DNA of 64,000 nt from Opitutales bacterium (GTDB lineage Bacteria > Verrucomicrobiota > Verrucomicrobiia > Opitutales > UBA2987): NCBI GenBank assembly GCA_965226885.1, contig CBDDEL010000017.1:544001-608000 (forward strand), read 5' to 3'. Position numbers and translations under genes: made by a program. Positions 24,842 to 34,712 of the stretch are shown piece by piece (the first letter of the stretch is position 1; each line of letters opens with the position of its first letter). The notes under the pieces were generated by a model, which did no database searches, had not been told where the DNA came from, and saw only the letters and a program-made list of their open reading frames with translations.

Positions 24842-26107
24842 TTAAGGCTGATAACCAGTCACGTTGGTCAAAACAGAGCGCAGGCACCGCCGCAAAAGTC
24901 TATAACTATAATATTGTCGCGCCACCCGGTAGTTGTGGTCCACCATTTTCTGGCATATTTTGGAATCGTCGAGAACACGCCGCACATCGCTCACCGTCTC
25001 CTTGGTTATAATGCCATCCATCACCACCAGCTTGAATCCCTTGGGCTCGATGTCTTGAATGAAGATCGAATAACGGTTAACGACCAAAGGAACCTTAAAG
25101 TAGATAGCCTCCAGCAACGCGTTTCCAAAGCCTTCGTAGGTGCTCGGATAAGTGACCAGATCGGCATGCGGATAAAGGTCCCAAAGAGTATAAATCTTTT
25201 TCCCCTCCGCATCGAATTGACGAACATCGCCAATCCGGTCCGAAATGAGTCGCAAATCCACATTTTCCTCCCGCGCCAATTCCTCCATAAGGTGCCGGTA
25301 CTCAAAACCCTCGTCCCCCGCGTCATGGGAAATAATCAACTTGTATTTGTCCGGATCGCCCAACATGCCAACCAACTTTATAGCATGTTCGATACCCTTG
25401 CGCGGGACAATCCGCGTAGGCTGCAGGATAAAAACATCTTCCGGGCGCAGCCCAATCTGCTCCCGCACATCGCGAGAATACTCATCCGGCTTGGGCGGAG
25501 GATTGGCAAAATCGAAAACATTGGGTATCAGCATCGAACTCACCCCCTTGCGCAGTGAAAGCTGCTCCTGGGCCGCCCGGTTGATAACGGTGTGCTGGAT
25601 ATTCGGTAAAATCGGAGGAAAAGCCATCTCCAGGTAATCCGTCACCGCATTGATCGCATAACGGGTGCGCTCCCAATGGAAATCATGGTGGTGGGCGATG
25701 GCCGGCATCTGTGTTTCCGCCAAAAACTCCGTTATGGCCAAAGCCAGCGGTATATGCATCGGTATAGCCAAGGCGTTTTCCGGCACCAGGATATCGATAT
25801 CGAAATGATCCACATAATCATAGAGCGTCTTTTTCAAATAGGCGGAAATCTCCTGGATACGCTCGCTTACCAAACTGCTGCGGCGCTTTTGCTTCCAGAT
25901 CTTATCCATCAGCCAAAGATTTTCCAGATGCCCGAAATAGGCCTCCGGAATGCAATAGCTGACATCGGGATGCCGGTCGCTCCGCCCGCTGTACCAAAAA
26001 CTGACATGATTATCATCCCACAACATCTGGGCCCACTTGGCACTCTCCAAAGAGACCCCATCAGTGCCCGCGAAACGCGTAGAGACAAAACCGATATTTT
26101 TAGCCAT
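24842..26107 (-). CDS. GT4 glycosyltransferase, mannosylglucosylglycerate-synthase-like
   Basis: DGVSLE..KW, HHHDFHWER, QPTRIVPRKGIE and YPSTYEGFGNALLE motifs. Confidence 0.82.
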   Translation of the reverse strand: MAKNIGFVSTRFAGTDGVSLESAKWAQMLWDDNHVSFWYSGRSDRHPDVSYCIPEAYFGHLENLWLMDKIWKQKRRSSLVSERIQEISAYLKKTLYDYVDHFDIDILVPENALAIPMHIPLALAITEFLAETQMPAIAHHHDFHWERTRYAINAVTDYLEMAFPPILPNIQHTVINRAAQEQLSLRKGVSSMLIPNVFDFANPPPKPDEYSRDVREQIGLRPEDVFILQPTRIVPRKGIEHAIKLVGMLGDPDKYKLIISHDAGDEGFEYRHLMEELAREENVDLRLISDRIGDVRQFDAEGKKIYTLWDLYPHADLVTYPSTYEGFGNALLEAIYFKVPLVVNRYSIFIQDIEPKGFKLVVMDGIITKETVSDVRRVLDDSKICQKMVDHNYRVARQYYSYRLLRRCLRSVLTNVTGYQP

Positions 26108-26325
26108 CAAGACCAATCAGGGCCACTGCCGGAAACTCTCAAAATGAAAGCCCCAACAAACAACCCAGAAATAATGAATATATAAAATTTAAAAGACATT
26201 ATCTATGAACAACTTCCACGCAAAAGCAAGACCAATATCCTCCAAAAAAAAGCAACCCGAAAAATTATAAAATTAAGACCCCTACCGGAAATCGTATCTT
26301 TATCACCCATCCGGCATCCACCATC

Positions 26326-27653
26326 TGACGTGTACTGGATTTGTTGGACACGGGATTCTCTTATATTCATTGTTTATTGATTAGTGTGTCAGGCGGCTTG
26401 TTTTGGTAAAGGGTTTTGTTTTCTCGTTGCCCCCCATGGGGGGCAAATATTTTCCTCGAATTGGACTGGGCTTTGGTAACTCAGAGAGGAATGTTTGCGA
26501 TATCGGTTGTAGAAGATTTCCACGTATTCGAAGACAGTTGATCGCAGTTCGCGCTCGTCGGCAAAGTGGCGGCCTCGAATCGTGCTGGTCTTGAAGCGGC
26601 CGTAGAACGATTCCATGGCCGCGTTGTCGTAGCAGTTGCCTTGGGCGCTCATGCTCGGCTTCATGCCTAGTTCAGAGACCAGCCTCTGATAGTCGTCGCT
26701 GGCGTAGGGGCTGCCCCGATCGCTGTGATGAATAATCCCGGTGCGCAGTGTGCCGCGGGTCATGGCCGCGGCTTTGAGGGCCTTGCCAACCAGCTTCGCG
26801 TCGTTGTGGTTGGAAACGCTCCAGCCCAGCAGGCGTCGGCTGAACAGGTCCATCACCGTGGCCAAGTACATCCAACCGGCCAGGGTCCGTAGGTAGGTCG
26901 TGTCCGCCACCCAGACCTCGTCGATATGGGTCGGCTGGCCATGCTTTTTAAGCACATTGGGGCTGTAACCATAGGGATGGTTACTGTTGGTTTTTAATGG
27001 CTTAAAGCGTTTACTCTGGGTGCTTTTGATTCCCATTTCACGCATCAGACGCAGAGCCCGGTCACGGCCGCAATCGATGCCCTCATCATCCTTCAGATGG
27101 CGGTGCATTGGCCGATGCCCATAGCGGCCCTTGGCCTCTTTGTGTACCTTCAGGATCGCCCCCTTGATTCCCTCGTCCTCGATCCGCCGGGCCGAGGGCG
27201 CTCGGGGCCTCCAGCAGTAATAGCCACTGCGACAAATCCCCATCGCCGAGCATATTTCCTCGATCTTGAAGCGCCCCTCGTTGTCTTTGACAAACTGGTA
27301 CTTCATTGTTCGTCCTTGGCAAAGTAGCCCACCGTTTTTTTTAGTATCTGGTTGATCCGCTCCGAGCGGCGCAGCTCTTTGCGAAGACGATCTATCTCGG
27401 CCGCCATCTCCTTCGGACTGCTCTGTCGCTTTGAGGTGGCTTCGCCCTGCTGATCGTCCAGATAGAGCCTCTTCCACCTATACAATTGGTTGGTGTTGAC
27501 CCCAAGTTTGGTCGATACCTCGGTGGCGCTCAGACCATCGAGTATCATCAGTTGAACTGCCTCATTTTTGAACTCTATACTAAAGCGTCTTCTTCCCATG
27601 CTTCGATTCTCCATTTAGGAGAATCTCGTGTCCACTTTTTCCAGTGCACATCA
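26326..27653 (-). mobile_element. IS3-family element copy 5, TSD atc
   Basis: Both IRs present and a 3-bp duplication. Confidence 0.95.
26389..27614 (-). CDS. IS3 transposase: orfA 27303-27614, orfB 26389-27306
   Basis: Same motifs as copy 1. Confidence 0.93.
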
Positions 27654-27686
27654 ATCCGTATCAATCGACAGTTAATGTTGCATTAG

Positions 27687-29888
27687 CCCGGATATTTCGT
27701 AAAAGAAGTATCGTTGATATGCTTAACTGCTGATATACAGCAGGATAGATCAATAATTAAAGCAATATCAGCGATGACAAAAGGTAAACAATTAAAGCGA
27801 CAGTTGACAAGGGTAAAAGGCCGCCGTGTGCGGGTTGATTTCAAGGGCGGAGAGGTTACTTCGGATGCCGGACTGCTTTTGATCCGGGAAGTGGATCGGC
27901 AGTTGGGCTTGACCGAACGAGCGGCCCGACAGTTAGTGGACAAACGGCAGAAGGGCAAAGTACGCCATGAGGTATTGGGGATGCTGCGGCAGCGCGTTTA
28001 CGGGCTGGTGGCGGGCTATGAGGATTTGAACGACTTTGATACCCTGCGCCACGATCCATTGTTGCAAACGGTAACGGGGCGCATTGAAACGTTGGCCAGC
28101 GCGCCGACTTTGTGTCGTTTTGAAAACGGGCAGGATCGGCGGGCGGCCTTTGCGGTAAACGAGCTGTTGGTCGAACAGTTCATGGGCTCCTTTGCCGAGG
28201 AACCCGAAGAGATCATCCTGGACTTTGACGCCACCGACAATCCGGTGCACGGGCTCCAGGAGGGACGTTTTTTCCACGGTTATTATGATCATTACTGTTT
28301 TCTGCCGCTGGTAGTGTTAACATGACGAATGTTTGATATTGCTGTTGTATTCCCAGATGAACAAGCACAGGACGCGAAAATGCATGACCAAAGACTTCGA
28401 GAATGACAGCGTTTTACGCACATAGCGTGACAGGGACTGTCGCAAGGTATTGTTCCAGCGTTCGATATGGGCGGTTTGGCCGGATTGTTTCCCGCTGGCG
28501 CTGTTGTGAGGGAAAACCTTGTCGTAGCTTTCCCAGTAATCGCTTACGGTGGCACAGTCGCGATAGGGCTGGGCGATGTTGTGATACAACTGCCAGCACG
28601 TTTGATCGCTACGATCACCCAGAGAAAACCCGACGACCTGTCGGGTACGTCGACACAAGGCTACCCATAGCCATACCTGCCCCGAACGCTTATCGCCCCA
28701 GAATGACCACACCTCGTCCAGTTCCAGCACATCACTACACTGGCGGGCAAGCAGAGTGGACTCCAGCTTCGGCAAACTCAGGACTTTTTTTTAATCCATT
28801 CGATGACCGTCTTTGGGGCTACCCCGAAGGTACGGTAAATGGCACGCAGGCTCATCCGGTTTTGGTGCGCACGGAGCACCTGCTTGACCAGCGCCGGAGG
28901 ATGCTCACGACTTTTGGGGTGAAGCCGAAACTGATAACCACACCCCTTGCATCGATACTTCTGAACCCCTTTCGGATCCTTGCCGTGCTTGATGATGTGA
29001 TCGCTTCCGCATTGAGGACATTTTACTGTGATATGGACCATTCCCAGTTCACAACATAATCACGCTAAAAAGTACAGCTTAAACATTCAAAATGTTAACA
29101 CTACCCTGCCGCTATATGTTTTTTGCGGTGATCAGCTGCTGGTGGCCTACCTGCGGCCGAGCAAGATCGATGCCAGCAAGCATGCCGGGGCCATCCTCAA
29201 ATTGCTGGTTAAACGGATTCGCCAAAGCTGGCCCCGTACGCGGATTATTTGGCGCGCCGACAGTGGATTTTGTCGAGACCGGATACTCTCTTGGTGCGAC
29301 CGCAACGAAGTTAGTTACATCGTGGGGATGGCTCGCAATGCACGCTTGCAGCAAGACGCCCAGCAGTTGCAAAAGCAGGCCAAAGAATGGTTCGAACTAA
29401 GGGGTAAAAAACAACGGTTATTCCAGGACTTCGTCTATGCTGCCGATTCGTGGCGATGGCTGCGGTTGGTCATCCATAAAGCCGAACACACCGCACAGGG
29501 GTCCAACCCGCGCTTCGTGGTGACGAACCTGCCGGGCGATCCCCAGGAGCTTTACGACAAGGTATACTGTGGCCGCGGTGAAATGGAGAACCGAATCAAG
29601 GAACAGATGCAATTGTTCAGCGAGCGCACCAGCGCCCATCAATGGTGGGCCAATCAGTGGCGATTGCTCTTGTCGGCGCTGGCCTACACCTTGATGGAAG
29701 CCATGCGCCGGTTAGCCTTAAAAGGGACGAAGTGGGCGCGGGCCCAATGCCACACCCTGCGGCTCAAATTAATCAAGATCGGAGCGGTCATCGTGCGCAA
29801 CACCCGAACGATTCACTTTCACCTAAGTGAGAGTTATCCTTGGGCCAGTCTTTTCAACGATGCGCCCCGCCGATTGGTGCCAACCTAA
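27687..29888 (+). mobile_element. IS1380-family copy interrupted by IS1 and lacking its own right end
   Basis: IRL follows ttag. The copy ends at the transposase stop codon (cTAA), where the next copy begins. Confidence 0.93.
28310..29105 (-). mobile_element. IS1-family element B (insA 28778-29041, insB 28317-28775), 8-bp TSD ctgccgct
   Basis: IRs GGTAGTGTTAACAT / ATGTTAACACTACC. CPQC..CKGC zinc finger and ELDEVWSF. Diverged from element A. Confidence 0.95.
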
Positions 29889-31455
29889 CCCGGATATTTC
29901 GTAAAAAAAGTATCGTTGATATGCTTAACTGCTGATATACAGCAGGATAGATCAATAATTAAAGCAATATCAGCGATGACAAAAGGTAAACAATTAAAGC
30001 TACAGTTGACAAGGGTAAAAGGCCGCCGTGTGCGGGTTGATTTCAAGGGCGGAGAGGTTACTTCGGATGCCGGACTGCTTTTGATCCGGGAAGTGGATCG
30101 GCAGTTGGGCTTGACCGAACGAGCGGCCCGACAGTTAGTGGACAAACGGCAGAAGGGCAAAGTACGCCATGAGGTATTGGGGATGCTGCGGCAGCGCGTT
30201 TACGGGCTGGTGGCGGGCTATGAGGATTTGAACGACTTTGATACCCTGCGCCACGATCCATTGTTGCAAACGGTAACGGGGCGCATTGAAACGTTGGCCA
30301 GCGCGCCGACTTTGTGTCGTTTTGAAAACGGGCAGGATCGGCGGGCGGCCTTTGCGGTAAACGAGCTGTTGGTCGAACAGTTCATGGGCTCCTTTGCCGA
30401 GGAACCCGAAGAGATCATCCTGGACTTTGACGCCACCGACAATCCGGTGCACGGGCTCCAGGAGGGACGTTTTTTCCACGGTTATTATGATCATTACTGT
30501 TTTCTGCCGCTATATGTTTTTTGCGGTGATCAGCTGCTGGTGGCCTACCTGCGGCCGAGCAAGATCGATGCCAGCAAGCATGCCGGGGCCATCCTCAAAT
30601 TGCTGGTTAAACGGATTCGCCAAAGCTGGCCCCGTACGCGGATTATTTGGCGCGCCGACAGTGGATTTTGTCGAGACCGGATACTCTCTTGGTGCGACCG
30701 CAACGAAGTTAGTTACATCGTGGGGATGGCTCGCAATGCACGCTTGCAGCAAGACGCCCAGCAGTTGCAAAAGCAGGCCAAAGAATGGTTCGAACTAAGG
30801 GGTAAAAAACAACGGTTATTCCAGGACTTCGTCTATGCTGCCGATTCGTGGCGATGGCTGCGGTTGGTCATCCATAAAGCCGAACACACCGCACAGGGGT
30901 CCAACCCGCGCTTCGTGGTGACGAACCTGCCGGGCGATCCCCAGGAGCTTTACGACAAGGTATACTGTGGCCGCGGTGAAATGGAGAACCGAATCAAGGA
31001 ACAGATGCAATTGTTCAGCGAGCGCACCAGCGCCCATCAATGGTGGGCCAATCAGTGGCGATTGCTCTTGTCGGCGCTGGCCTACACCTTGATGGAAGCC
31101 ATGCGCCGGTTAGCCTTAAAAGGGACGAAGTGGGCGCGGGCCCAATGCCACACCCTGCGGCTCAAATTAATCAAGATCGGAGCGGTCATCGTGCGCAACA
31201 CCCGAACGATTCACTTTCACCTAAGTGAGAGTTATCCTTGGGCCAGTCTTTTCAACCATGCGGCCCGCCGATTGGTGCCAACCTAAAGGGTGCATTGGTG
31301 CTGCCCCCGGCACTACCGAACCAATGGGGGAAAGGGGGCAGTGTCTCTACACCCTGAAAAACACCTAAAAATCAAGACGATCTGCTCAAAATACAAAGAA
31401 ATCCATCTCCAATAGCAATAACGAGCCAAACTTTACCCTTCATGAAATATCCGGG
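29889..31455 (+). mobile_element. IS1380-family complete copy (1567 bp)
   Basis: Both IRs present. Flanks ctaa / ttag. Confidence 0.95.
29976..31286 (+). CDS. IS1380 transposase (intact)
   Basis: Same protein as 20003-21313. Confidence 0.93.
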   Translation: MTKGKQLKLQLTRVKGRRVRVDFKGGEVTSDAGLLLIREVDRQLGLTERAARQLVDKRQKGKVRHEVLGMLRQRVYGLVAGYEDLNDFDTLRHDPLLQTVTGRIETLASAPTLCRFENGQDRRAAFAVNELLVEQFMGSFAEEPEEIILDFDATDNPVHGLQEGRFFHGYYDHYCFLPLYVFCGDQLLVAYLRPSKIDASKHAGAILKLLVKRIRQSWPRTRIIWRADSGFCRDRILSWCDRNEVSYIVGMARNARLQQDAQQLQKQAKEWFELRGKKQRLFQDFVYAADSWRWLRLVIHKAEHTAQGSNPRFVVTNLPGDPQELYDKVYCGRGEMENRIKEQMQLFSERTSAHQWWANQWRLLLSALAYTLMEAMRRLALKGTKWARAQCHTLRLKLIKIGAVIVRNTRTIHFHLSESYPWASLFNHAARRLVPT

Positions 31456-31574
31456 TTAGTGCAGTTATCGACAACGGATGTGTGAATATTTTTATTATGG
31501 GCCTTTACGGGAAAATAAATTAATTAAAGCTTAACTTTTGATATCTTTGGATACATTAAACTTTAACCATAAAA

Positions 31575-32360
31575 ATGTGTGCCTCTGAACCAAGTGGTTT
31601 AAAAAGAGCTGGGGAACTTGTAGAGACCTTGGGTCTGAAGCATTTGAATCTGGAGTCGGGCCTTTTCAATGTGCTTTCCGTGTCGGACATCGAAGTGAAG
31701 ACCGGCGATGGAATGTCCCCGGCCAGCAATGTTATTTATTTAATGCTGACCAAGGAAGTTTCGCAGAATTTCCTCCAATGGCTGTATTCCGACGATTACC
31801 ATGTATTGATTGAGGGGGGGCCGGCCGATTATTACTTGTTCTACGAGGATGGCCGGGCCGAAAAAATTACCATGGGCAGAGACTTGCAGGCGGGGCAGCA
31901 ATTGATCGTTCCCAGCCCTGGCGGGACGGCCAAGGCGATAGTGCTTCATGATTCAACCGATTTTTTGCTGGCTGGTTCCATAGTGACCCCCGCGTGGAGT
32001 CCGCAAAGGGTACGCATAGGCGCGGATGAGGTTTTCATCGAAAAATATGCGGGCATGGCCGATTGGGCCACACCCGAGTTTATCAAATTCCTCATCGGCC
32101 CGAATTTCGGGAAACCCGAGGGCGCCAGTGGAGAAGTGTTCAAAATCAGCATAGACCCGCTGGGCCAAATCATCTGGCAGGGAATGCAATTGACCGAAAA
32201 GCAGTTGCGGGTCGAATTGAAAAAATTCGCTGAAAACGACAACGCCCAACCGTTGAAAATTGAAGCGTCGAAGGACGCTCCCAGAGAATCGGCAGAAAAA
32301 GCCAAAAAATTAATCGCGCGGGAAAGCATAACGTTTATTGAAATTATTATTGAAGATTAA
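31575..32360 (+). CDS. DUF985/Cupin_5-like protein with an extra C-terminal ExbD-like domain
   Basis: LGL.H...E.G.F, IYLML and MGRDL..GQQL motifs. C-terminal ISID..GQI..G...LKIEA.KDAP. Confidence 0.7.
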   Translation: MCASEPSGLKRAGELVETLGLKHLNLESGLFNVLSVSDIEVKTGDGMSPASNVIYLMLTKEVSQNFLQWLYSDDYHVLIEGGPADYYLFYEDGRAEKITMGRDLQAGQQLIVPSPGGTAKAIVLHDSTDFLLAGSIVTPAWSPQRVRIGADEVFIEKYAGMADWATPEFIKFLIGPNFGKPEGASGEVFKISIDPLGQIIWQGMQLTEKQLRVELKKFAENDNAQPLKIEASKDAPRESAEKAKKLIARESITFIEIIIED

Positions 32361-32399
32361 TTTATTTAAATTGAATTTAGACAACGACAGGAAATCGTT

Positions 32400-32924
32400 A
32401 TGCAGCCGGAAGTTAAAGCGTTGATCGATCATTACAAGTTTGAGCCTCAACCGGTGGAGGACACTTTATTTACGACTAATTATCGCTCGCAAATGGAGAT
32501 GCCGGATGGCGGCCCCATCGGAACGGCGATCATTTCCATGTATTGCGACAAACCGCGCAGCGTTTCCTGTTTTCATCGACTTCCCTGGGATGAAATTTGG
32601 CATTTTTATGGGGGCGATCCGCTCCGGCTTGTGCTGCTGCACGCGAATGGCTCCAGCGAAGACGTCATCATGGGCACCGATCCGCTGGCCGGCCAGCTTG
32701 TGCAATACGTTATTCCAGCCCGCACCTGGCAGGCGGGTCATATGGTTAAAGGAGGGAGTTACTCGCTTTTCGGCAATACCATGGCGCCCGGTTTCACGAG
32801 CGCCGCATTCGAGGCGGAAACAGCGGAAACCCTGATCGCCGGATGGCCGGATCGGGCCGAGGATATCCGTGAACTTTGCTGCCCTGGATCCGTGCTAAGG
32901 ATGCCCGTCGATTTTGCCACATAA
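32400..32924 (+). CDS. DUF985/Cupin_5 family protein
   Basis: FHRL..DEIWHFYGGDPL, WQAG and MAPGF motifs. Confidence 0.85.
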   Translation: MQPEVKALIDHYKFEPQPVEDTLFTTNYRSQMEMPDGGPIGTAIISMYCDKPRSVSCFHRLPWDEIWHFYGGDPLRLVLLHANGSSEDVIMGTDPLAGQLVQYVIPARTWQAGHMVKGGSYSLFGNTMAPGFTSAAFEAETAETLIAGWPDRAEDIRELCCPGSVLRMPVDFAT

Positions 32925-32951
32925 CGATTCAACGGGGTTTGGGTGGAACTT

Positions 32952-33707
32952 TCAATCAAATAGTTTTTCCAGCCGTTTGTCCCAATGGCGCTGGTTCGCT
33001 TTGATGTCCTGGATGAAGGGAGAGAGGCCGATTAGCTCAATAGTGATGCGGTTGAGGATGGAAAAAGGGAAACGAACAGGGCGGACGAAATCGATGAAGA
33101 GGACCACCCGCACCCCGTCGGTTTCGTTCCAGGCTTCGTGCCGGTAGGAGTCGTCGAAGATGAGGCTTTTGCCCTCTTCCCAATAACCGATATCGTCCCC
33201 CACCCGGATGCGGCATTTTTCCCTCGGCTCGGAGATTTTCAGGCCCAGGTGGTAACGAATAACGCCTTTATATGGGCCCCTATGTTCCTGGATATGCTTG
33301 CCCGGAGCCAGGATGGAGAAAAAGGCCGTTTTCATGTTCGGGATGGTTTCGATCAATGCCGTTGTCTTTGGGCAGCGGCGGCAGTTATTCTCGGCTTTGA
33401 CACCGGAAGCAAAAAAAAGATAAGTTTTCCACAAGTCGTCCCTCGTGATGGCGTATTGGTCCTTGGAAATGTCCTGAAAATTGGGCAATTTATTGCGGTG
33501 TTCGAGAATGGCTTCGAGTTCTCGGCGCATCTCCTTCCAGTCAGCCTCAAGCCGCTCCGCCCAGGGGAATAGTTTTGGGTCGAAAAATGTGGGATCGCCG
33601 ACCAGGGAATAACGGGCAATGGTTTTTTCCAGAATCCGCAGCAGTTTTGTGCCCAACCCGATAATGAGCGCCCGTTTGCGGTCCCTGAACCGTTGGGTAA
33701 AACTCAT
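32952..33707 (-). CDS. Aspartyl/asparaginyl beta-hydroxylase domain protein (LpxO-like Fe/2OG oxygenase)
   Basis: AFFSILAPGKHI.EHRGPYKG..RYHLGL and FDDSYRHEAWN motifs. Confidence 0.85.
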   Translation of the reverse strand: MSFTQRFRDRKRALIIGLGTKLLRILEKTIARYSLVGDPTFFDPKLFPWAERLEADWKEMRRELEAILEHRNKLPNFQDISKDQYAITRDDLWKTYLFFASGVKAENNCRRCPKTTALIETIPNMKTAFFSILAPGKHIQEHRGPYKGVIRYHLGLKISEPREKCRIRVGDDIGYWEEGKSLIFDDSYRHEAWNETDGVRVVLFIDFVRPVRFPFSILNRITIELIGLSPFIQDIKANQRHWDKRLEKLFD

Positions 33708-33762
33708 GACCTGAAAAGCCTTGACCGAGTGGGTTGCTTAATGAGAAATGCCCGAAATTAAA

Positions 33763-34659
33763 CTATAATCGGTAATACCGCTCGGCGTTGTCGTAAAAGA
33801 GGGCCGCTTTTTCGTCGCTGGAGAAATCGGCCGTTATTTCCTTGAAGGCCTCCCATACCGCATCGTAGGAGGAGAAAAGCTTGTCCACCGGGAAATTGCT
33901 GGCAAACATGCAGCGCTCCACTCCGAAATCCTCTATGGTTTTGAGAACGAAGGGCCGGATGCTCTCGACCGTCCAATGCCAGTCGCACATGGCAAGGCCG
34001 GAGATTTTGGCCACAATATTGGGGCAATCGCCGAGGGATTGCATGCCTTTACGCCAGCCCTGGATGCTTTCATCGTCGCGGTCGGCAGGCATTCCCGTGT
34101 GGTTGAGGATGAACAAAATTTCGGGATTTTCCCTGGCCAGCGAGACGGCATCCGCCATCTGGTGGTAATAAAGCTGGAGGTCAAAGGAGAGATTATACTT
34201 TTTTAATAGACTAAAGTTTTTCCTCCAAATCGGATCTTTTAAATAATCCCGGTCGGCATGGTTGAAACGGGGGATTTCATGCACGTTGAGAATTTGGCGA
34301 ATCCCCCGGATATTGGGGTATTGGCAGTGCCCCTCAAGCACCTCCTCAATATCGGGTTCCGCAAAGTTGGCAAAGCCGACGATCCCGTGGGGAAATCCCT
34401 GCGAACCCGGAGCGTCCGCCACCGATTGCAGCCACTTCGTTTCCTCAACCGGGCGGGAAGGATCGTGCTCGCATTGCACATGGACCGATTTAACAACATT
34501 CTGGTTTTTAAAGTCATCGAGAAGATCGGCAGCGAGATAGTTTCGCGGCAGGTTGACTGGTTTTCCCCAGATAACCTCAACCGCATCATCGGCTTGCATC
34601 CAGGGATAGTTGCCACCTTCTTCTCTCCAGAGGTGGTGGTGTGGGTCGATTATTTTCAT
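33763..34659 (-). CDS. Amidohydrolase-2 family protein (sugar lactonase-like)
   Basis: IIDPHHHLW, LNHTGMP, KISGL and MFASNFPVD motifs. Start placed at MKIID. Confidence 0.85.
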   Translation of the reverse strand: MKIIDPHHHLWREEGGNYPWMQADDAVEVIWGKPVNLPRNYLAADLLDDFKNQNVVKSVHVQCEHDPSRPVEETKWLQSVADAPGSQGFPHGIVGFANFAEPDIEEVLEGHCQYPNIRGIRQILNVHEIPRFNHADRDYLKDPIWRKNFSLLKKYNLSFDLQLYYHQMADAVSLARENPEILFILNHTGMPADRDDESIQGWRKGMQSLGDCPNIVAKISGLAMCDWHWTVESIRPFVLKTIEDFGVERCMFASNFPVDKLFSSYDAVWEAFKEITADFSSDEKAALFYDNAERYYRL

Positions 34660-34712
34660 AAACAGGATTAACTGATGCGAATGTTGGAAACAGGTGTCAG
34701 GGTTCGACAATT

